Shown: piece by piece, positions 1 through 27,792 of the stretch
Layout: the number at the start of each line of letters is the position of its first letter
How positions within the stretch are numbered: the stretch's first letter is position 1
NCBI GenBank assembly: GCA_963693365.1
Contig: CAVNZM010000001.1
Location: forward strand, 6,836,907 to 6,900,906
Length of the DNA: 64,000 nucleotides
DNA from: Amoebidium appalachense
Lineage: Eukaryota > Protista > Ichthyosporea
Reading direction: 5' to 3'
The notes under the pieces: model-generated
What the model saw: only the letters and a program-made list of their open reading frames with translations
What the model was told of the DNA's origin: nothing
The model's database searches: none
Program-made: the position numbers and the translations under genes

Positions 1-2
1 CG

Positions 3-851
3 GGTGCCACTTTCTCGCTTATTTTCAGCAGCAGAATTAGAGGCATCGCATACAAGACTAGTCATGGGAAACTGGCGCGGCATCTTATCTTTGTAAACTA
101 TTGTGTTTCGGAGGTTATCAATAATGGTGCGATGCTGACTGCTTCATGGGCAAATAAGAATGAGGTGGCGTGCAAGATACAGGTATGAAGGATTTGGCCG
201 GCTCCTGTCAGCTTAAATGGTGATTCTCTAGGCACACAAAAGTTTGCGTGTCTGCACAGTGACTTGTGTAATCGTTCAGCTGATGCTTCTTGGCATGAGA
301 AAGCTCTTCGTTGTTCTTTATCTATTCTCGTCTCTGTGTCTCCCAATGATAAGCACTGCTCAAAGATGTTGTGGGCATCTTTGCATTTTCGGCTGCTACT
401 GCTGTTGGATGCTTTACATGGCTTCCACATAATACCCTCGCCCATATTCCATCCATACCCTTTCCTCCCCATCACCATCACTACCATCACCACCATCCCA
501 CCACCCATCTACGCACACACACGGACCACAAGGAGATACTCTTTATCTTTAGCTTAGTAAAGTTTTAGAGTTGGGACAGACCACAATATGGTGAGAAAAC
601 AAGAGAAATGTTCATGATAGCTGAACGGGAATAAAGATGGAGTAAATACCCCCGCCCCTCCCCCGCCCCCTCTCCCCCCCGCGGGGGGGGGGGGGGGGAG
701 AGAGAGAGAGAGAGAGAGAGAGAAGAGAGAGAAGGGGGGGGAGGGGGGGGGGGGATGGAGGATAAGGGGTGAGGGTGTGTGCTGCTTGTTTGCGTGCATC
801 TATTACACTGTGTGGTTGTGTGTGTAAAAAAAATGGTGGTGCCGGATGGCT

Positions 852-882
<31 letters not shown>

Positions 883-1294
883 GGGGGAGGGGGGAAGATG
901 GGGGGGGGGGGGGGGGGGGGGAGGGGGGGAGGGGGGAGCTTGCTTTTTTGCTACCATTCAGGGGTTTAGCTGTGTTGAAAAACATGGGCAAGATGGTTTC
1001 GAGACTCGAGACTCCTGTGATGTATGACTATTGCTGAGGATGGCAGGAAGAAAGGGATTCATTGTGGTGGGTGGGCCCGGAGTAAGTTCGTGGGGGTGGG
1101 GTGGGGAGGAGGGGGTGAAGGGGGAGGGTACATCGGTGGTAGGAAACGGTTGAGGCACGGCCCGGTTATACCATGGGGAGGGATTCTGAACGGGTGGTGG
1201 TATGTACTGGTGGTGTGTGTGTGTGTGTGTGTGCGTGTGTGCCAGTGAGGCCAGGTGTGTACGTGTGCGTGCGTTTGTGTGTGTGTGTGTGTGC

Positions 1295-1336
<42 letters not shown>

Positions 1337-2535
1337 AGGGGGGGGGGGGAGGGGGGGGGGGGCAGGGGGAAGAGATGCAGGTTGAAGGGCGGGTAAGAGG
1401 CCCGTGTTGTACAAATTTTCCGACGTAACTTCTTCGCCCCCCCTCCCCCCCTCCCCTTTCCCTCCCTCAACCTTTCACACGCCCTTTCCGAAGGTTTTTT
1501 CCTGCCCTAGATCTCCTTTCCTCATATTTCTAATTCCTCTTTCCACACCACCACCACCATCCCCCCCCCCCCCCCCCCACCCCCTGCCAAACCCCCCCTC
1601 CCCCCCCCCCCCCCCCCCCCCCACACACACACACCTCTGCCCATGCTCACGCTCCCACCCATTCCAACCACATCCAGGGATTTGCACTGGTGTTGAGTGG
1701 TGGAGGAATCCACTGGACTACTGCCTTGGTTGTGGACATGTATCTGCACCTGGGGAGAAGATGGGGGGAGGAGGCCCTATTGAGCATGCTCCCAATATAC
1801 TACTTGTTGGGGTGGGTAATGCCTTTAGTCATCGCGTGTATCGTTTTGGGGCTCGACGCGTACGGCGTGCGGATAACATGGTGTTGGGTGGGTGAAAACC
1901 ACAGCGGGATAGAGCTGTGGGTTCACTATGTGTGGCTATGGACAGCGACGTTGTTTGCGATTTACGCCACGCTGAATCTGACGAGGATGGTCGTGCGGAT
2001 AGTAAGGGGTTCCGCGCAGCCCATGAGGGGGGCGCCTGCGTGGCTCCTGTGTCAAATGTGGTGCTACATGCTCGTGTTTATCCTTATATGGATGCCTGAT
2101 ACGGTCGCCTACATTGCGGGATATATATGCAGTACGGGGGGGTCTTACTCCTATTCGTGCTCGACCAACTTCTACGCTCTCTATATGTGTATAGCTATAA
2201 TGACCCCGCTCCAGGGATTGTTCTTTTTTGCAATTTTCGTGGGGCCCACGTTTTTCTACCACCCACCCCTTCGCCCAACGTTCACCCCGTCGGATAGGTT
2301 GGTTACAGCTTGCGATTCTGCGGCGCAAAGGGGGGCTTTTACCGAATCTTTTGGGGGTCCTTCCGAAAATGGAAGTGTCGGACACGTGCGAATGGATACC
2401 TTTCTGGAATCTGAACCTTGGAGAAAGGCAAGCTCATTGGCTTTGGAGCAGGAAGATGCGAGAAAGGGGAGAGAGGATCAGGATCTGGGACCGGCATGTA
2501 ATCGGCAGATCGATGACGATCAGGTTGTGGTGTGA
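3..2535 (+). CDS. cAMP-receptor-like (Dicty_CAR/Git3-type) 7TM GPCR, 5' partial; join(<3..182,1678..2535)
   Basis: Frame 3..182 reads ...[22 protein letters not shown]...EVACKIQ and ends at CAG|gtatga. It joins in phase 0 to ccag|GGA at 1678, restoring the family CxxQG motif ([20 protein letters not shown]). Later come [14 protein letters not shown] and PLQGLFF, with several hydrophobic segments. Confidence 0.85.
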
Positions 2536-3486
2536 GGGGATTTATGTTTCAGTTTGCCACAAAATCTTGTTCGCGTCAAGGATTTCAGTGTGAATGGAAT
2601 ACCCTCCCCCCCCCCCCCCCCCCCCCCCCTCCCCCCCCGGTCCCCCCCCTCCCCCTTCCCCAACACACATACACACCCTCCCCCCGCTCTTTCCTCCACT
2701 CCCCATTTCTGTTTCCAAGATTAAAATTGTTTATATCTAGCTGCCCCCGCATGTTCGCACGAATGCACAAACAAGTCTACCTATTCACCTACCGTCTACC
2801 TATACGCACACACACGCACGAAAAACACGAATAACAACATAAGCACAGTACCACTGCATCACGTCGCTAACACCCATCGTTACCAGCAAATTCAAATACT
2901 ATCTGTTAACACTAAAATATTGGTGACTGTCATTATTCAAAGCTAAGTAGCAATACACAAAAGCACATGAACCCCATTCTCCTCTATCCCCTTTCATAAA
3001 GATATACATCAATGGTATTTTAGAAGTCCAAGACGAATACTGTTAATGTTGATGAAATATATAATGTATTCGCGTATGGTTCTATATATTGATTGATTGT
3101 GTGATTTGAATCTGTAAATGTCACTGTTGGATCTTCTTATCATATGTACAAATATTATATAGTATTTGCGTATGCACCGCCACGCGTGTACTTTATGTGA
3201 CCATAATTTGTAATGTGTTTATATTAAGTGCCATTGGTCATATTGGCAGCAAGTGGGCTAAAACGATGCAAGTCTCCGGTTTTTTTTTTTTTGTTTTGTT
3301 TTATATAGCATCTCATCTCCTGTATTCCTACCTTTTTTTGAGTTTTATAAAAATATATATTACACAAAACCAGGAGAAAAAACAAACGTTAACAAACAAA
3401 TAAAATGTAGCCTCCTCGGTGGGTAGAGAAGGGCCTGGAAGCGTGCAGATTTGATATTTGATTACTAAGGTGTTACTATCACATGT

Positions 3487-3553
<67 letters not shown>

Positions 3554-3964
3554 TGTGCACGTGGTGTAGGTGCCTGTCTATCTCTGAGTGTGAGCTTGTG
3601 CTGAAGGGGGAGGGGGAGGGGGGGGGGGGGGGGGAGGGGGGGGGGGGGGGCTGCTTTCTGTGTACGATGGCGAATGCAACACTATTAGGAGGGCAAAGGG
3701 TGGCCCCGGCGGGGCGGGGGAAGGGGGGGGGAGGGGGTTTGCAGAGCAACGTTGCCACACTATAAATGTTGAATAAAATATACATTTTCATTAGTTGCAA
3801 ATTTTCTGCTGAGTTTGCATAGGGTTGTGGAATCTGCATACATACATGATGTGTGAGGTATATCTAAACTAAACACAATTATGAGCATATTTTTCATTTC
3901 ATACACATACATCTTGCAGCCATTCAATGTTGTGATACATTCTGTACCTCGCGTTCACCACGTG

Positions 3965-4016
<52 letters not shown>

Positions 4017-4153
4017 ACACACACACACAAAGAAAAAGGAAGTTTGAAAAACTAGAAATGAAAAGGGCCCAAAAGGCAAAACCAAGCAAGGATTTGCTTA
4101 TGCGTTCATCATAGAAAAAATACCAAATGATTCATAGATCTACAATCACAATC

Positions 4154-16972
<12,819 letters not shown>

Positions 16973-18435
16973 ATTTTGCCTTCGAATGAAAAAAAAGGTG
17001 ACGGAGAAACGAGAAAGAAACGTGGAAGGGCAACGATTAAAAAAAAAAAGGCCGAGAAGCCACCCACAGGACCTGTACTGTTACGTTACGCTTGCTTACG
17101 ATCTTCTTTGTGTGTGACGGTGATGCCGGTGTTGTTGTATCCGTAAAATTTCAAAACGCAGCATAGGCTCTCTAAGAAATTATTAAAAAGGGGAAGGCGC
17201 AACCAAAAAGAACTGACTTTCTTGCTTCCCCTTTCCCCATGGGCAGAATTGTCAGAGTCGCAAAAAGGCTTTTTTTCGAACGATGTAAGAGGAGGTCTGT
17301 CTGGAGAGCACAACACATTCATGACGTCACTATGATCTTAGCCCGGTGATCCGATCGATCAATCTAATGCCTAACACAGAAATGAATAAATAAATATATG
17401 ATATATAACGAATCACTGCGAAGAGTTTTGAATGATGCGCTTAAAGCCAATGATATGATGCTAATATCATTTGCTTGTACGACCTGAATGGCTCATGGAA
17501 TGCTGCGCAGAAAGATGGCCAGCTTCTTCAAGTTGAGTTTTTTCACTGCGTTTAAATTTCCAAATACTCCATTGTAAAAAAAAAGGGATGGCGCTAATTG
17601 ACAGGTTAATATATAATTGTATGTAAATGTGGACCTCACAAGTCATCCTACCGTTACGTTCACGGCGTCGTTGAAGTTGACTTAATGATTTTGGCGCTTT
17701 TTGCCGGTCCATTTATATGATGTTTTGGCATGTTCGTTGTCTTGAATGATCGATGGCAACGGAACAAACCTGGCCTGAAGTCACGGAACTTCCTATGATT
17801 TGTTGACACGTTTAGTAGAAACGAAGGAACTTCCACCTTATTATCTTTCTATATCCCTCCCCCCCCTCCCCCCCCCCCCTCCCCCCCCCCCCCCCCCCCC
17901 TCCTCCCCCCCCCCCCCCCCCGCCCCTCCTCCTCCTCTCGCCTTCCCCCTCACGCTTTCCCCTCCCTTCAACCACAAGCTCTCCCCCCCCCTCCTACCTT
18001 TCGATCTCATCTCCTTCCAAACCTCCCTTCTTCTCTCCTCCTACCTCTGCCACTATTTGCGCATCGTTTCTTTAATCGCTGTCAACATTCCCAATGAGGT
18101 TCCTTTGTCTTGTCCATCTTTGTCCCCGTACATGCAGGAGCATTTGGAAATTGGGATCTTCGCGAGCTTTTCCGCACCTGCTCGGTTTCTCCGCTCTCTG
18201 CACTTGTCAAAACTGGAGTAATGAGCATGTATGTCGGTGCGTTCGTGTTGCTTCTTGTGTGCACGACCGTGTGTGTTTGTGTGATTTTGTGTGTGTGTGT
18301 GTGTGTGTGTGCATGTGTGTGTGTGCAGTGTGTGCGTGTATACATGTGTGTGTGTGTGTCCGTGTGCGTGTTTGTGTCCGTGTGTCCGCGTTTGTGTGTG
18401 TCCGTGTGTGTGTGTGTGTGTTTGTGTTTGTGTGT

Positions 18436-18656
<221 letters not shown>

Positions 18657-18900
18657 CGTGCGTGCGTGCGTGCGTGCGTGCGCACTGTGCGTGCTTGCGT
18701 GTGTGCCTGCATGCAAGTGTATAGCACGATTCTTCTTCCAAGTCTGATTCCGGGTTTGGGCTGAAATAAAATATAGGTCTCTTGAGGCCGGTACCCACCA
18801 CTAAAAGGCAGCTGCACGGAATAGGACTTGAAAGGGAAGGAAAAGAACACACACACACACGCACACGCACACACAACATACACGCACACGCACACGCACA

Positions 18901-18999
<99 letters not shown>

Positions 19000-19031
19000 T
19001 CACTCACTCACACGCACTCACCCATTCACAT

Positions 19032-19141
<110 letters not shown>

Positions 19142-21051
19142 GGCACGCACACGTACACACGTCATTCCGAAGTTTTACGTTGATCGAGTGTTTTTGTTTC
19201 ACGTTGGACAAGATGGGGGGGGGGATAAATGTAACACAAAGTTTTTCATCTAACAGTATCGGATTGTGAGCAGAGGAGGGTTAGCAGCACCTGGTGCCAT
19301 AACATGTTTTCAGAGCTGCCCGTGATAGGGGTTGGGGTTGGGTTGGTGGTGGGAGCGCTGGTGAGTGTGCGTATGAGGGTGGATCATCAGTGATCCTGGA
19401 TAATCAGTTGCAGGAGATATGTGTGTGTGTGTGTACTGTTTGGAAGCAGGCAGCGACCATTTCAGGTGGCATTTGCCTTTTGAAAGTCTATAGTTTATCC
19501 TCGCTATAGAAGCTTAGGTGAATCCACCAATACGACTGACCAGGTGCAACTTCTGCCCTTGGATCAATCGTACCGTACAGTGAATGACGGTTAAAGGCCC
19601 GGGCAGTGACAAAACATGCCACGGCCCAGCGGAGGGAAGTCAAGGGTGGTCGCGCGCCGTTCCGGGAGGAGAGGGAAAAGGGGGGGGGGGGGGGGGGGGG
19701 GGGGGGGGAACTGCTAACATTGGATAAGGTAGACTGCCGACAAGAAGAGTAAAATGCATGTAAGAACCAAAAATGACGATCAGCGCTCCGGGACCCAAAT
19801 CACTGACAATTAACAGGGAGTAGCCGGAGGGAATTTGTTTGAGTGTATGTGGGTGCGTGTCTGCGTGGGCGTGTGGGTGTATTTGTGTGAGCAGGTGTTT
19901 GTGTATGCTCGTATGCGGGGAACATGTTGCGTGTGTGTAGAGCGAGGGTACATGGATGCCTGTGCTGCGGTACGTAGGCACGTGGGTGTGTGGCTGTGAA
20001 GGCGCACAGACAAACAGGTGTGGGCGTGCATGAATATTGTGTGCGCTTGTCTGGGATTGCGTGTGTGTGTTTTTTTTTAAAAAAAAAAACCCGAAGCTTC
20101 TTTCATTTTGATGGAGAAGGAGCCTTGAAATTCGGGTATTGTGTGTGGCCATGGAGAGGCATGGTCCCCCTCTCCCCTCCCCTCCCCCTCCCCCCCCCCC
20201 CCCCCCCCCCCCCCCCTTCCCCCCTTCAAAAAAAAAAAAAAAAAAAAAAAAAAGACCCCTTGGATATTCTTACTTTTCATATCGTTAACTTTATAAAAAC
20301 TTTCTTAGGGGTGCCAAAACTTCCCGCCCAAATTTCCATATGTGGCTAATCAGTCAGATCGCGCGCGATTTATTGGTATTCCAATACACACGGTGTCCAA
20401 CTTCTGAGACAGAGTTCAAGCATTCTTGGCTGGTGGCTACCAGCAGGGGACTAGTCTTGCACCTCAACGGGCACTCGAGCAGCACCCTTCTTCCCATCTT
20501 CTATAACCCCCCCTTCCCCCCCCCCCCCCCTCCCCGCCCCCTCCCCCCCCCCCCCCCCCCCCCCCCCCTTCTCACACTTCCCACTTCCCCCCCCGTTCCC
20601 TCCCCTAAATACCTCAGTAAATCAACAACCCAGATTGTTACAGTATCCACCCACCCACATAAAATGGCAGAGAATTTCTGGGTTTAGCACGGTGTAGGTT
20701 AAACGTACGTACAGCAGCCTATTCAAATCGTGTTACGTCATAGAGATAGTATTGCCCAGCATACCGAAGGGGAAGCCGTTGCTCGGGTAGGTGGCGGATT
20801 CGAGGGGGGCCCGGGTAGCACGGTGAGTATATTTCCTGCAACTTGAACCGTCGGAATTGTTTTAAGCTTAAGACTGTGAAATTCCTAACGTGCACTGCAG
20901 CAATATTCTGTGATGAGTACAAAACGTTCTGATGCCGTGGTTGGGGTCGGTGGGTCCACGGTGGGTGGGTGGTCACCTTGCATGGTGGTGGTGGTACATG
21001 GGGGTAGGGTTTTTTTTTTTTTTTTTTTTTTTGTGGGGGCGGGGGGGGGGG

Positions 21052-21093
<42 letters not shown>

Positions 21094-22078
21094 GGGGGGG
21101 GGGGAGGGGGGGGGGGGGGCTATAGGCAAGGGGAAGCTTCAATAGCTGTAGGAATGGTGTTAGTGGGGGTGACCGTTGGATTTTAACGAAATGATCGAAG
21201 GGGAGTCACTGACAGGGGTTTGGTGCACGTGGTTGCCACTAGGTGGGTGCCACCACCCCCCCCCCCCCCCCCCCCCGGCCCTCCCCCCCTCCCCCCCCCC
21301 CCCCGCCCCTCCCCCCTCCCCCCCTCCCCCCCCCCCCCCCCGGCCCTCCCCCCCTCCCCCCCCCTCCCCACCCCCCTCCCCCCGACCTCACCTCACAGAC
21401 GCACACGCACACACACAAACACAAGGCCCAGGTTGAGCTGGCGGGTTCCCAGAACTGTATTTAAAAGCTCATGCACGCAGCTGTCGGCTGTTTATTTAAA
21501 ATTTCCATCATATGTGACAGGCAATTTCGGTGTGCATCGATTCAGGACTACAATGTCATGTGGCATCGGATCATGCCGTGGCCACCACGGGTGCGCACGA
21601 GAGTCGCTTGCATGAAGGCCCGTACATTGTAGTGGACATGTGCACGCCACGGTGTAGGCGCCAGCGGCTGGAAAATTTGATTTCATCAACAGACTGAGTA
21701 GGCTAGTGCCGTTAAATGCCATAAAAGAGTCTGTTTGGACAAAACATGTCCAGGAGATTGTAGGGTAGGTTGCGGCCCGCTAGGCTAGGAGGTACTCCTA
21801 GGGAACCGCACTTAGAGGCAGCCTTTGAATTTTGCACGGACATCTGGCCCGACAGTCTTGAGCGCAGCCGGGGAGAACAAAGATGGCATCATGAGCACTA
21901 ATGATTATTTTCGACACAAGTTAATATTAGAAACATCCTCGGTCTAGTGGAGTGAATGCCGTGCACAGTAGCCGCTGTGGTATACGGTGTGCATGTAAGG
22001 TATGTCACGCCTGTGTATGGGTGTCACGGGGTGGGTGGGTGTTGGGGGGACTTGGAGGGGGGGGGGGAGGGGGGGGGG

Positions 22079-22375
22079 ATCCTGAAGAGGAGGGACAGAG
22101 TCCGAACTGCATCATGCATTACGGACAACAACACACATTATTGCATAGCATAACGTGTGACAAACGAGTGTGCAACATGATTATAAGCAGAGTCCATTCT
22201 CAGGGGGCCACCGGGCCCGAGTCATCCAATTACACGAGTGTGACCCACTCACCTCACCAAAGAAACCCGAAGATACTGCTTCACTTGTACATGCATTCAT
22301 TACTGTCGTCATCAGAGTTCACGATCAAGGAAGGGTTATGGGAGTTGACGTCACAGGCAAGTGGCAGTAGAAAAC
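22079..22375 (-). mobile_element. Highly diverged copy of the dispersed repeat
   Basis: Shares ataagcagagNccatNctcaggggg, gggcccNNgtcatcca and agatactgcttcacttg with 39256-39550; G-runs on both sides. Confidence 0.6.
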
Positions 22376-22823
22376 TCTCGGGGAAGGGGGGGGGGGGGGA
22401 GGGGGGGGGGGAAGAGAGAGATTACGGAGCACACGACTGAATACAATCACCACAATCGGTGGTTGTGTTGTTGCAGAAAGAAGAGGACACACACGGAGGG
22501 AAGGGGAAGGTGGAGGGGCGGAGGAGGGTATAATCTTTGGCATTACACTGAACAGACCACGATCACAGACGCAGCACATGGCACCACATGCACACAGTGG
22601 CATATACACACGTTCTGCCAGCATCTGCATGGCCCACACAACAACCGATCATATCATGTGCCCAGCAACGGTTTATTTCCTTATTAAGGTCGTGCCATCA
22701 CGCCGTCGTCTTGTGCTGGGTAACCCCTCCTCACTGCCTGCAAGGCATACCCGTCAGTCTGCAGAACACATAAACACGTGCATTCATATGAAAGGTACAA
22801 GACACAACCCACCAAGTGGAACC

Positions 22824-22868
<45 letters not shown>

Positions 22869-23313
22869 AACCCCTCCGGTGCACGCCGCCACAAACACTA
22901 TACATTGGTTATAGTGTTAACCAAAGCAGCAAAAACGTGTGTTGAGGGTGTAAGGGAAACAAAAATCGATGACGCAGTCTTGGCTGGCTGACATTCCAGA
23001 GCTCCAACACAAAGCACACACTTACTTGCACTCGAGAACTGTGTGTTAGGCGAAGAAATAACAGAGAATAGAGGGTGACCACACGAACACACTGGGTACA
23101 AAGCATCCCCCGACACTTCCCCTTGCAAAGCACATTCCCCACGCACACACGCCTCATCCCCCCCCCCCCCTCTCCTTTCCTGCGCCCTCCCCAAACAGGT
23201 GCCTTGTGTGTGCATGCGCAAAGCGTCCAACCCCCTCCCTCCGCCCCCCCAACACACACAACACACGCACAAAACATAAAACACATCCACACGCACCATA
23301 TAAGACAGGGCGT

Positions 23314-23478
23314 CTACTTCTGCTGCAGCTGCTTGGCATAGTAGTCGCGGTACTTGTTGAAGCCGGCCAGGTGGCCCTTGACGTAGAACAGACCGCCCAG
23401 GCCCAGACCGAGGGCGCAGCCTGTGCTCAGCCACGTGATGAAGGTTCGTCGCAGCTTACCCTCCATGCGGACCGCCAT
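23314..23478 (-). CDS. COX9: Cytochrome c oxidase subunit Cox9/COX6C family, 54 aa
   Basis: MAVRMEGKLRRTFITWLSTGCALGLGLGGLFYVKGHLAGFNKYRDYYAKQLQQK matches the Cox9 pattern (GxLRR, single TM, H...YY). GC3-rich codons; the ATG lies 4 nt after a poly-T/cag acceptor (5'UTR intron). Confidence 0.85.
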   Translation of the reverse strand: MAVRMEGKLRRTFITWLSTGCALGLGLGGLFYVKGHLAGFNKYRDYYAKQLQQK

Positions 23479-23484
23479 GTTGCT

Positions 23485-23520
<36 letters not shown>

Positions 23521-24718
23521 AAAATAAAAGTAAAAGGTGTGTGTGTGTGTGAGAACGAAAGGTAAGGAAATAAGAGAAAAAGAAGGTAGAGATGTGTGAG
23601 ATGGTGTCGGCTTACGGGAGTGCAATCGTACAAAATCGTGTGCGAAAACCCCCCCCTCCCACCCCCCCAAAAAAATGTGTAAACGGTAGCAGGAAAAAAC
23701 TTGAAAATGATTAGGTTTTATCTCCGAGTTGACTCGTGTAAAAAACGAGCGCGAAGGCGGGGACAGAAAAAACAGCATCAAATGCAGGCAGATAGGCACC
23801 GCCCCATAGATTTTGTGAGCTTTGCATAGGAGAAATCAGAATGGAATGTGAGAATAATATCAGCAGTAGGCAAGCAAGAGCAAAAAGCTAACGACTCAAA
23901 GAATTGGCACCTAGAATACGGGGCGGGATGGAGGTGGTGTGTGTGTGTGTGGTTTTTTTTTTTTTTTTTTTTTTTTTTTGGGGGGGGGGGGGGAGACAAG
24001 GCAGGGGACTCCCCACAACCGCGTCTTCTACTAAGCTAGCTTCAAACTACGGCAAAGTCAGAAAAGGGAAATAACTTTAACAGCCCATCCGTTAGCCAAA
24101 CAAACACAACCCCAACACTAAGTGCCTTGCAAAAGCAAACAAAAAAGGAAAGGGGGGAATCCTAGGCATATGACTGGTACTATGCTTTTATTGTCAACGC
24201 TCTTTATCCCTTGGAAAGAAAACGGGGTCAACAGAGCAGAACACAGAGGAAAAAAGCGTCATATCCAGAGCATAAAGAGAAAAGTGCGAGCCATATTATA
24301 AGAGTATGTGTTACAGAAATACGCATTGAAAGGATGCAGATGACCAACACACAGCAGATAACAGAAGAGCATATGTGAGTTTTAAATCAATGCACAAGCA
24401 AACCGGAAAATCCTTACTGTGTAAAACAGCAATTACCCAAGGGTGCCATTAAAGAAACAAAAGAGTAGAACCAGGAGCAAGGCGAGACCACAACAGATCA
24501 AACAGTTCCTACCTGCACATGCATGCTACTCCCGTCACAGCACCGAATTCTCAGCACCCAAGAAAGAATAAACCAACGTCTAATCAGGTCCACAAAATGT
24601 ATACGTGCACATACAAGAAGACATGAAACGCACGAACACACATGCCCTTCAGTTTATGCACAGTCCACACAGAGCGCATAGAGAAAGGGAGAGACCCAAG
24701 ACTCAGACCGCAAAGCCA

Positions 24719-24865
24719 CACAGAGAGTTAGACACACACACGAGAGCGACCAAGGAAAAACCCATGACCACATCTCTCGTATCTGCCACCAACAGAGAGT
24801 TTGACACACACACAAGAGCGACCAAGAATAAACCGATAACCGCATCTCTAGTACCCGCCACTAAT
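24719..24865. repeat. Imperfect tandem duplication, about 72-bp unit x2
   Basis: acagagagttNgacacacacacNagagcgaccaag occurs at about 24720 and 24792. Confidence 0.8.
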
Positions 24866-25738
24866 CACTACTACTCCCAAACGTCCACCGCAACAGTGTC
24901 TGGTGAACGGTCGATGCCTGCAAGTACAAAGTGCCATCCCTCACAAAAGCAGCAAGCAAGCCTGTCGAGTGAATAGTGCGTCGCAATATGTGAGAGACCA
25001 TGATTGGTGAATTAACTAGATCAACAGTAGCAACAGGCCTGGCAACAGGATAGGAAAAAAGAAAAAAAAAAAGTGTTGAACTAAGCGTAGTAGCGAAGAA
25101 ACTATGAACTGTTTCGTTGGCAGAAAAAAACTACTTAGCGCCGAAGATGTAAGAAACGCTTCGACAGCCTACGCTCTATAATTTTTTCGGGTGTAGAAAT
25201 ACCTGTGTGAATGAAGCACGAAGCTCTAGAAAGGAATAAGGGTTCTCGCTTTCCCGTGCACGCAACCGGCGACCACTTTCCGTCACCGCGCCAGACCTTG
25301 AAAAGGAAAAGCCGGCCGCGCCCGTCCTGTGCTGTCGCAGTTTCGCTCTCAATCTCGAAACTGCGACAGGTCTGCCGCCGAAGATTCTGGCATTCGGGTC
25401 GGGTCAAGGCGTGCCTGCACACTGAGTGGCCCGAAGTTTGTGGAGCGGTGTGTTCTTGTGAGTCCCGCTCTGTTGCTTTTGAGAATTAGATGTGCACTGG
25501 AACAACACGTTCTAATTTTCCCAACCAGTGAAGACAGACTAGGGCACACGTGGGAAGTGTTCAAAGTTGCTCATGTTCTGTGCAGAATGTGTATGGCTTG
25601 GGTAGACGTCTGCTCATCCGTTGTGCCTCTATGTAGCTACCAGGTCTTCGAAACTTCACCGTGATTTCTAGTTCGAACCATTTCCAATTTATATCAGCTG
25701 GCAGTTGTTTGTGTGTGTGTTTTTTTTTGTTTTTTGTT

Positions 25739-25769
<31 letters not shown>

Positions 25770-26574
25770 GGGGGGAAGGGGGGGGAGGGGGGGGGGGAGG
25801 GGGGGGGGGGAGGGGGGGGAGGGAGGAAGGGGGTTATGGTTGTGGTAGGAGCCGCCCCCCCGGCAGGGAGGGGGCGATGGTGGTGGTGGGAGAAGGAGGA
25901 AGTGGAGGGAAGGGGGTGAGAAGAAGGGGGGGGGGGGGGATAATGGGGGAGGGGGGAAGGGTGAAGTTGAGGGCCTCGGTGGATCTGTTTACATCAGTAG
26001 ATCATAGCCACTCCACGACGGTACATGTATTTTCCCTTCGCCGCTTTTTTCCCCACCCTTTTTCAGTTTAAAGTATTTTAATATTGGAAGCTTCAGCCTT
26101 TCCTACCGTGCCCCTGTTGGTGACCCTGAATGGTTTTCCTGCGAGAGAACCTCATTACCATCCTTACAGACTGTGCTCGTCATATGGGCAATGCCATGTG
26201 CGTGGCTTGGGCACCGAATGCTACAAAGGTCCGGTACGGGCGGTTACAATGCTACGAACAAGGGTGGTGACGGTGTGGTGAGGTGGGGTGGTTTATCCGG
26301 TTGGCAATGTGTGTGGGTGTTGCGAGGTAACCCATAGTTGGCCGACGACTAGGGTGAGGCTGGCAGCCATGCTAAGGTGATGCTGTTTTGTGGGTACTTT
26401 TTTCAGTGAATCAATATGGAGGTGTTGTCACGGTAACCCTGACCGAGGGGTAGCTACCATACTCAAAGGTAAGGACGCGCGCACGGTGTGTGTGTGCTTG
26501 TGTGTTTTCGTGTGTGAAGATAGTGTGTGTGCTCGTGTGTGTGTGTGTGTGTGTGTATGTGTGTGCGTGTGCGT

Positions 26575-26632
<58 letters not shown>

Positions 26633-27245
26633 ATGTGTGTGTGTGTGTGCACGCCCACGTGCATGCGCGCATGCGTTCAATCTTTCCCTCTCTCCCCCCC
26701 CCCACCTTCCCCCCCCCCCCCTCTGCCACCACCACCACCAAAACCTCCAGCCCCATCCCTCACCCCCTCCCTCTGGCAGACTGCAAAGACAACAAATTTA
26801 TGTGCCTCAGATGTTGTTAGGCAATTACAACTTGTATTTATCCTGCACAACGTGTACGAGGACACGGAAGGGGGCAAAGACACAATAGAGTCCACAAGTC
26901 ACACGTTGATTCTGATGAATGTTTTTTTTTAGACAACATAAACTTTGGGCAAACCATATCTACACACTTAATATGCTACACGAGCCATGTTGCCCATGCT
27001 GCCTACCTCGGGCTGTATGTAAGCACACAACCACATAATGCATAGATAAGAAATCATAAAACGGTGTAAGTGTTCAACACACCGGTTGCCTGTCACTCTA
27101 TTTCCCGTGTAAAAGTAAAACTCCAGAAATCTAAAATTGCCTGAGTTATCTACGTCTCCTTGTCTGACTTTGTATGGATGCCCTATTGGGCTGTGCAGAC
27201 ACATGATCACGTTAGTCAGTTTACTAAAACTTTCCACACATGCCC

Positions 27246-27301
<56 letters not shown>

Positions 27302-27460
27302 AAAGAAAAAAAGGGGAGAAAAAAAAAAAACTGCAAACTGCACAGGGTTGTAAAGTTAGTCACACATCAGGTGATGCATAGGCACGCAATCGATCTGTTT
27401 CAATGATGCAAAAGCGACATGTTTCATCATTCAAACATTCGCCTCATCAGCAACTCAAAG

Positions 27461-27792
27461 CTCAGAAATCTGTACGGACCAATGAGATCTGGTAGCATTG
27501 GTCCATATTTGGTAATGAGGTCGAGGCCGGGCAGCCGGGCTGAAGGTAAAAAGCACGGAACCCGATATCGTAAAGCTTCTGGAGTACATTTTGCCTGTGT
27601 GGGATGCATTGTGTGAAAGGCCTTCACTCAGAAATCTGTACGGACCAATGAGATCTGGTAGCATTGGTCCATATTTGGTAATGAGGTCGAGGCCGGGCAG
27701 CCGGGCTGAAGGTAAAAAGCACGGAACCCGATATCGTAAAGCTTCTGGAGTACATTTTGCCTGTGTGGGATGCATTGTGTTAAAGGCCTTCA
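27461..27792. repeat. Near-perfect tandem duplication, 166 bp x2
   Basis: Units start ctcagaaatctgtacgg at 27461 and 27627; one mismatch seen near the unit end. Confidence 0.95.

Noticed and set aside
183-1677. Extra GPCR exons inside the intron (about 961-1081, 1143-1199)
   Set aside because: The direct 182-1678 join already restores CxxQG; extra exons would disrupt TM3.
27461-27792. CRISPR-like array
   Set aside because: Two long contiguous units, no spacers, no cas genes, eukaryotic context.
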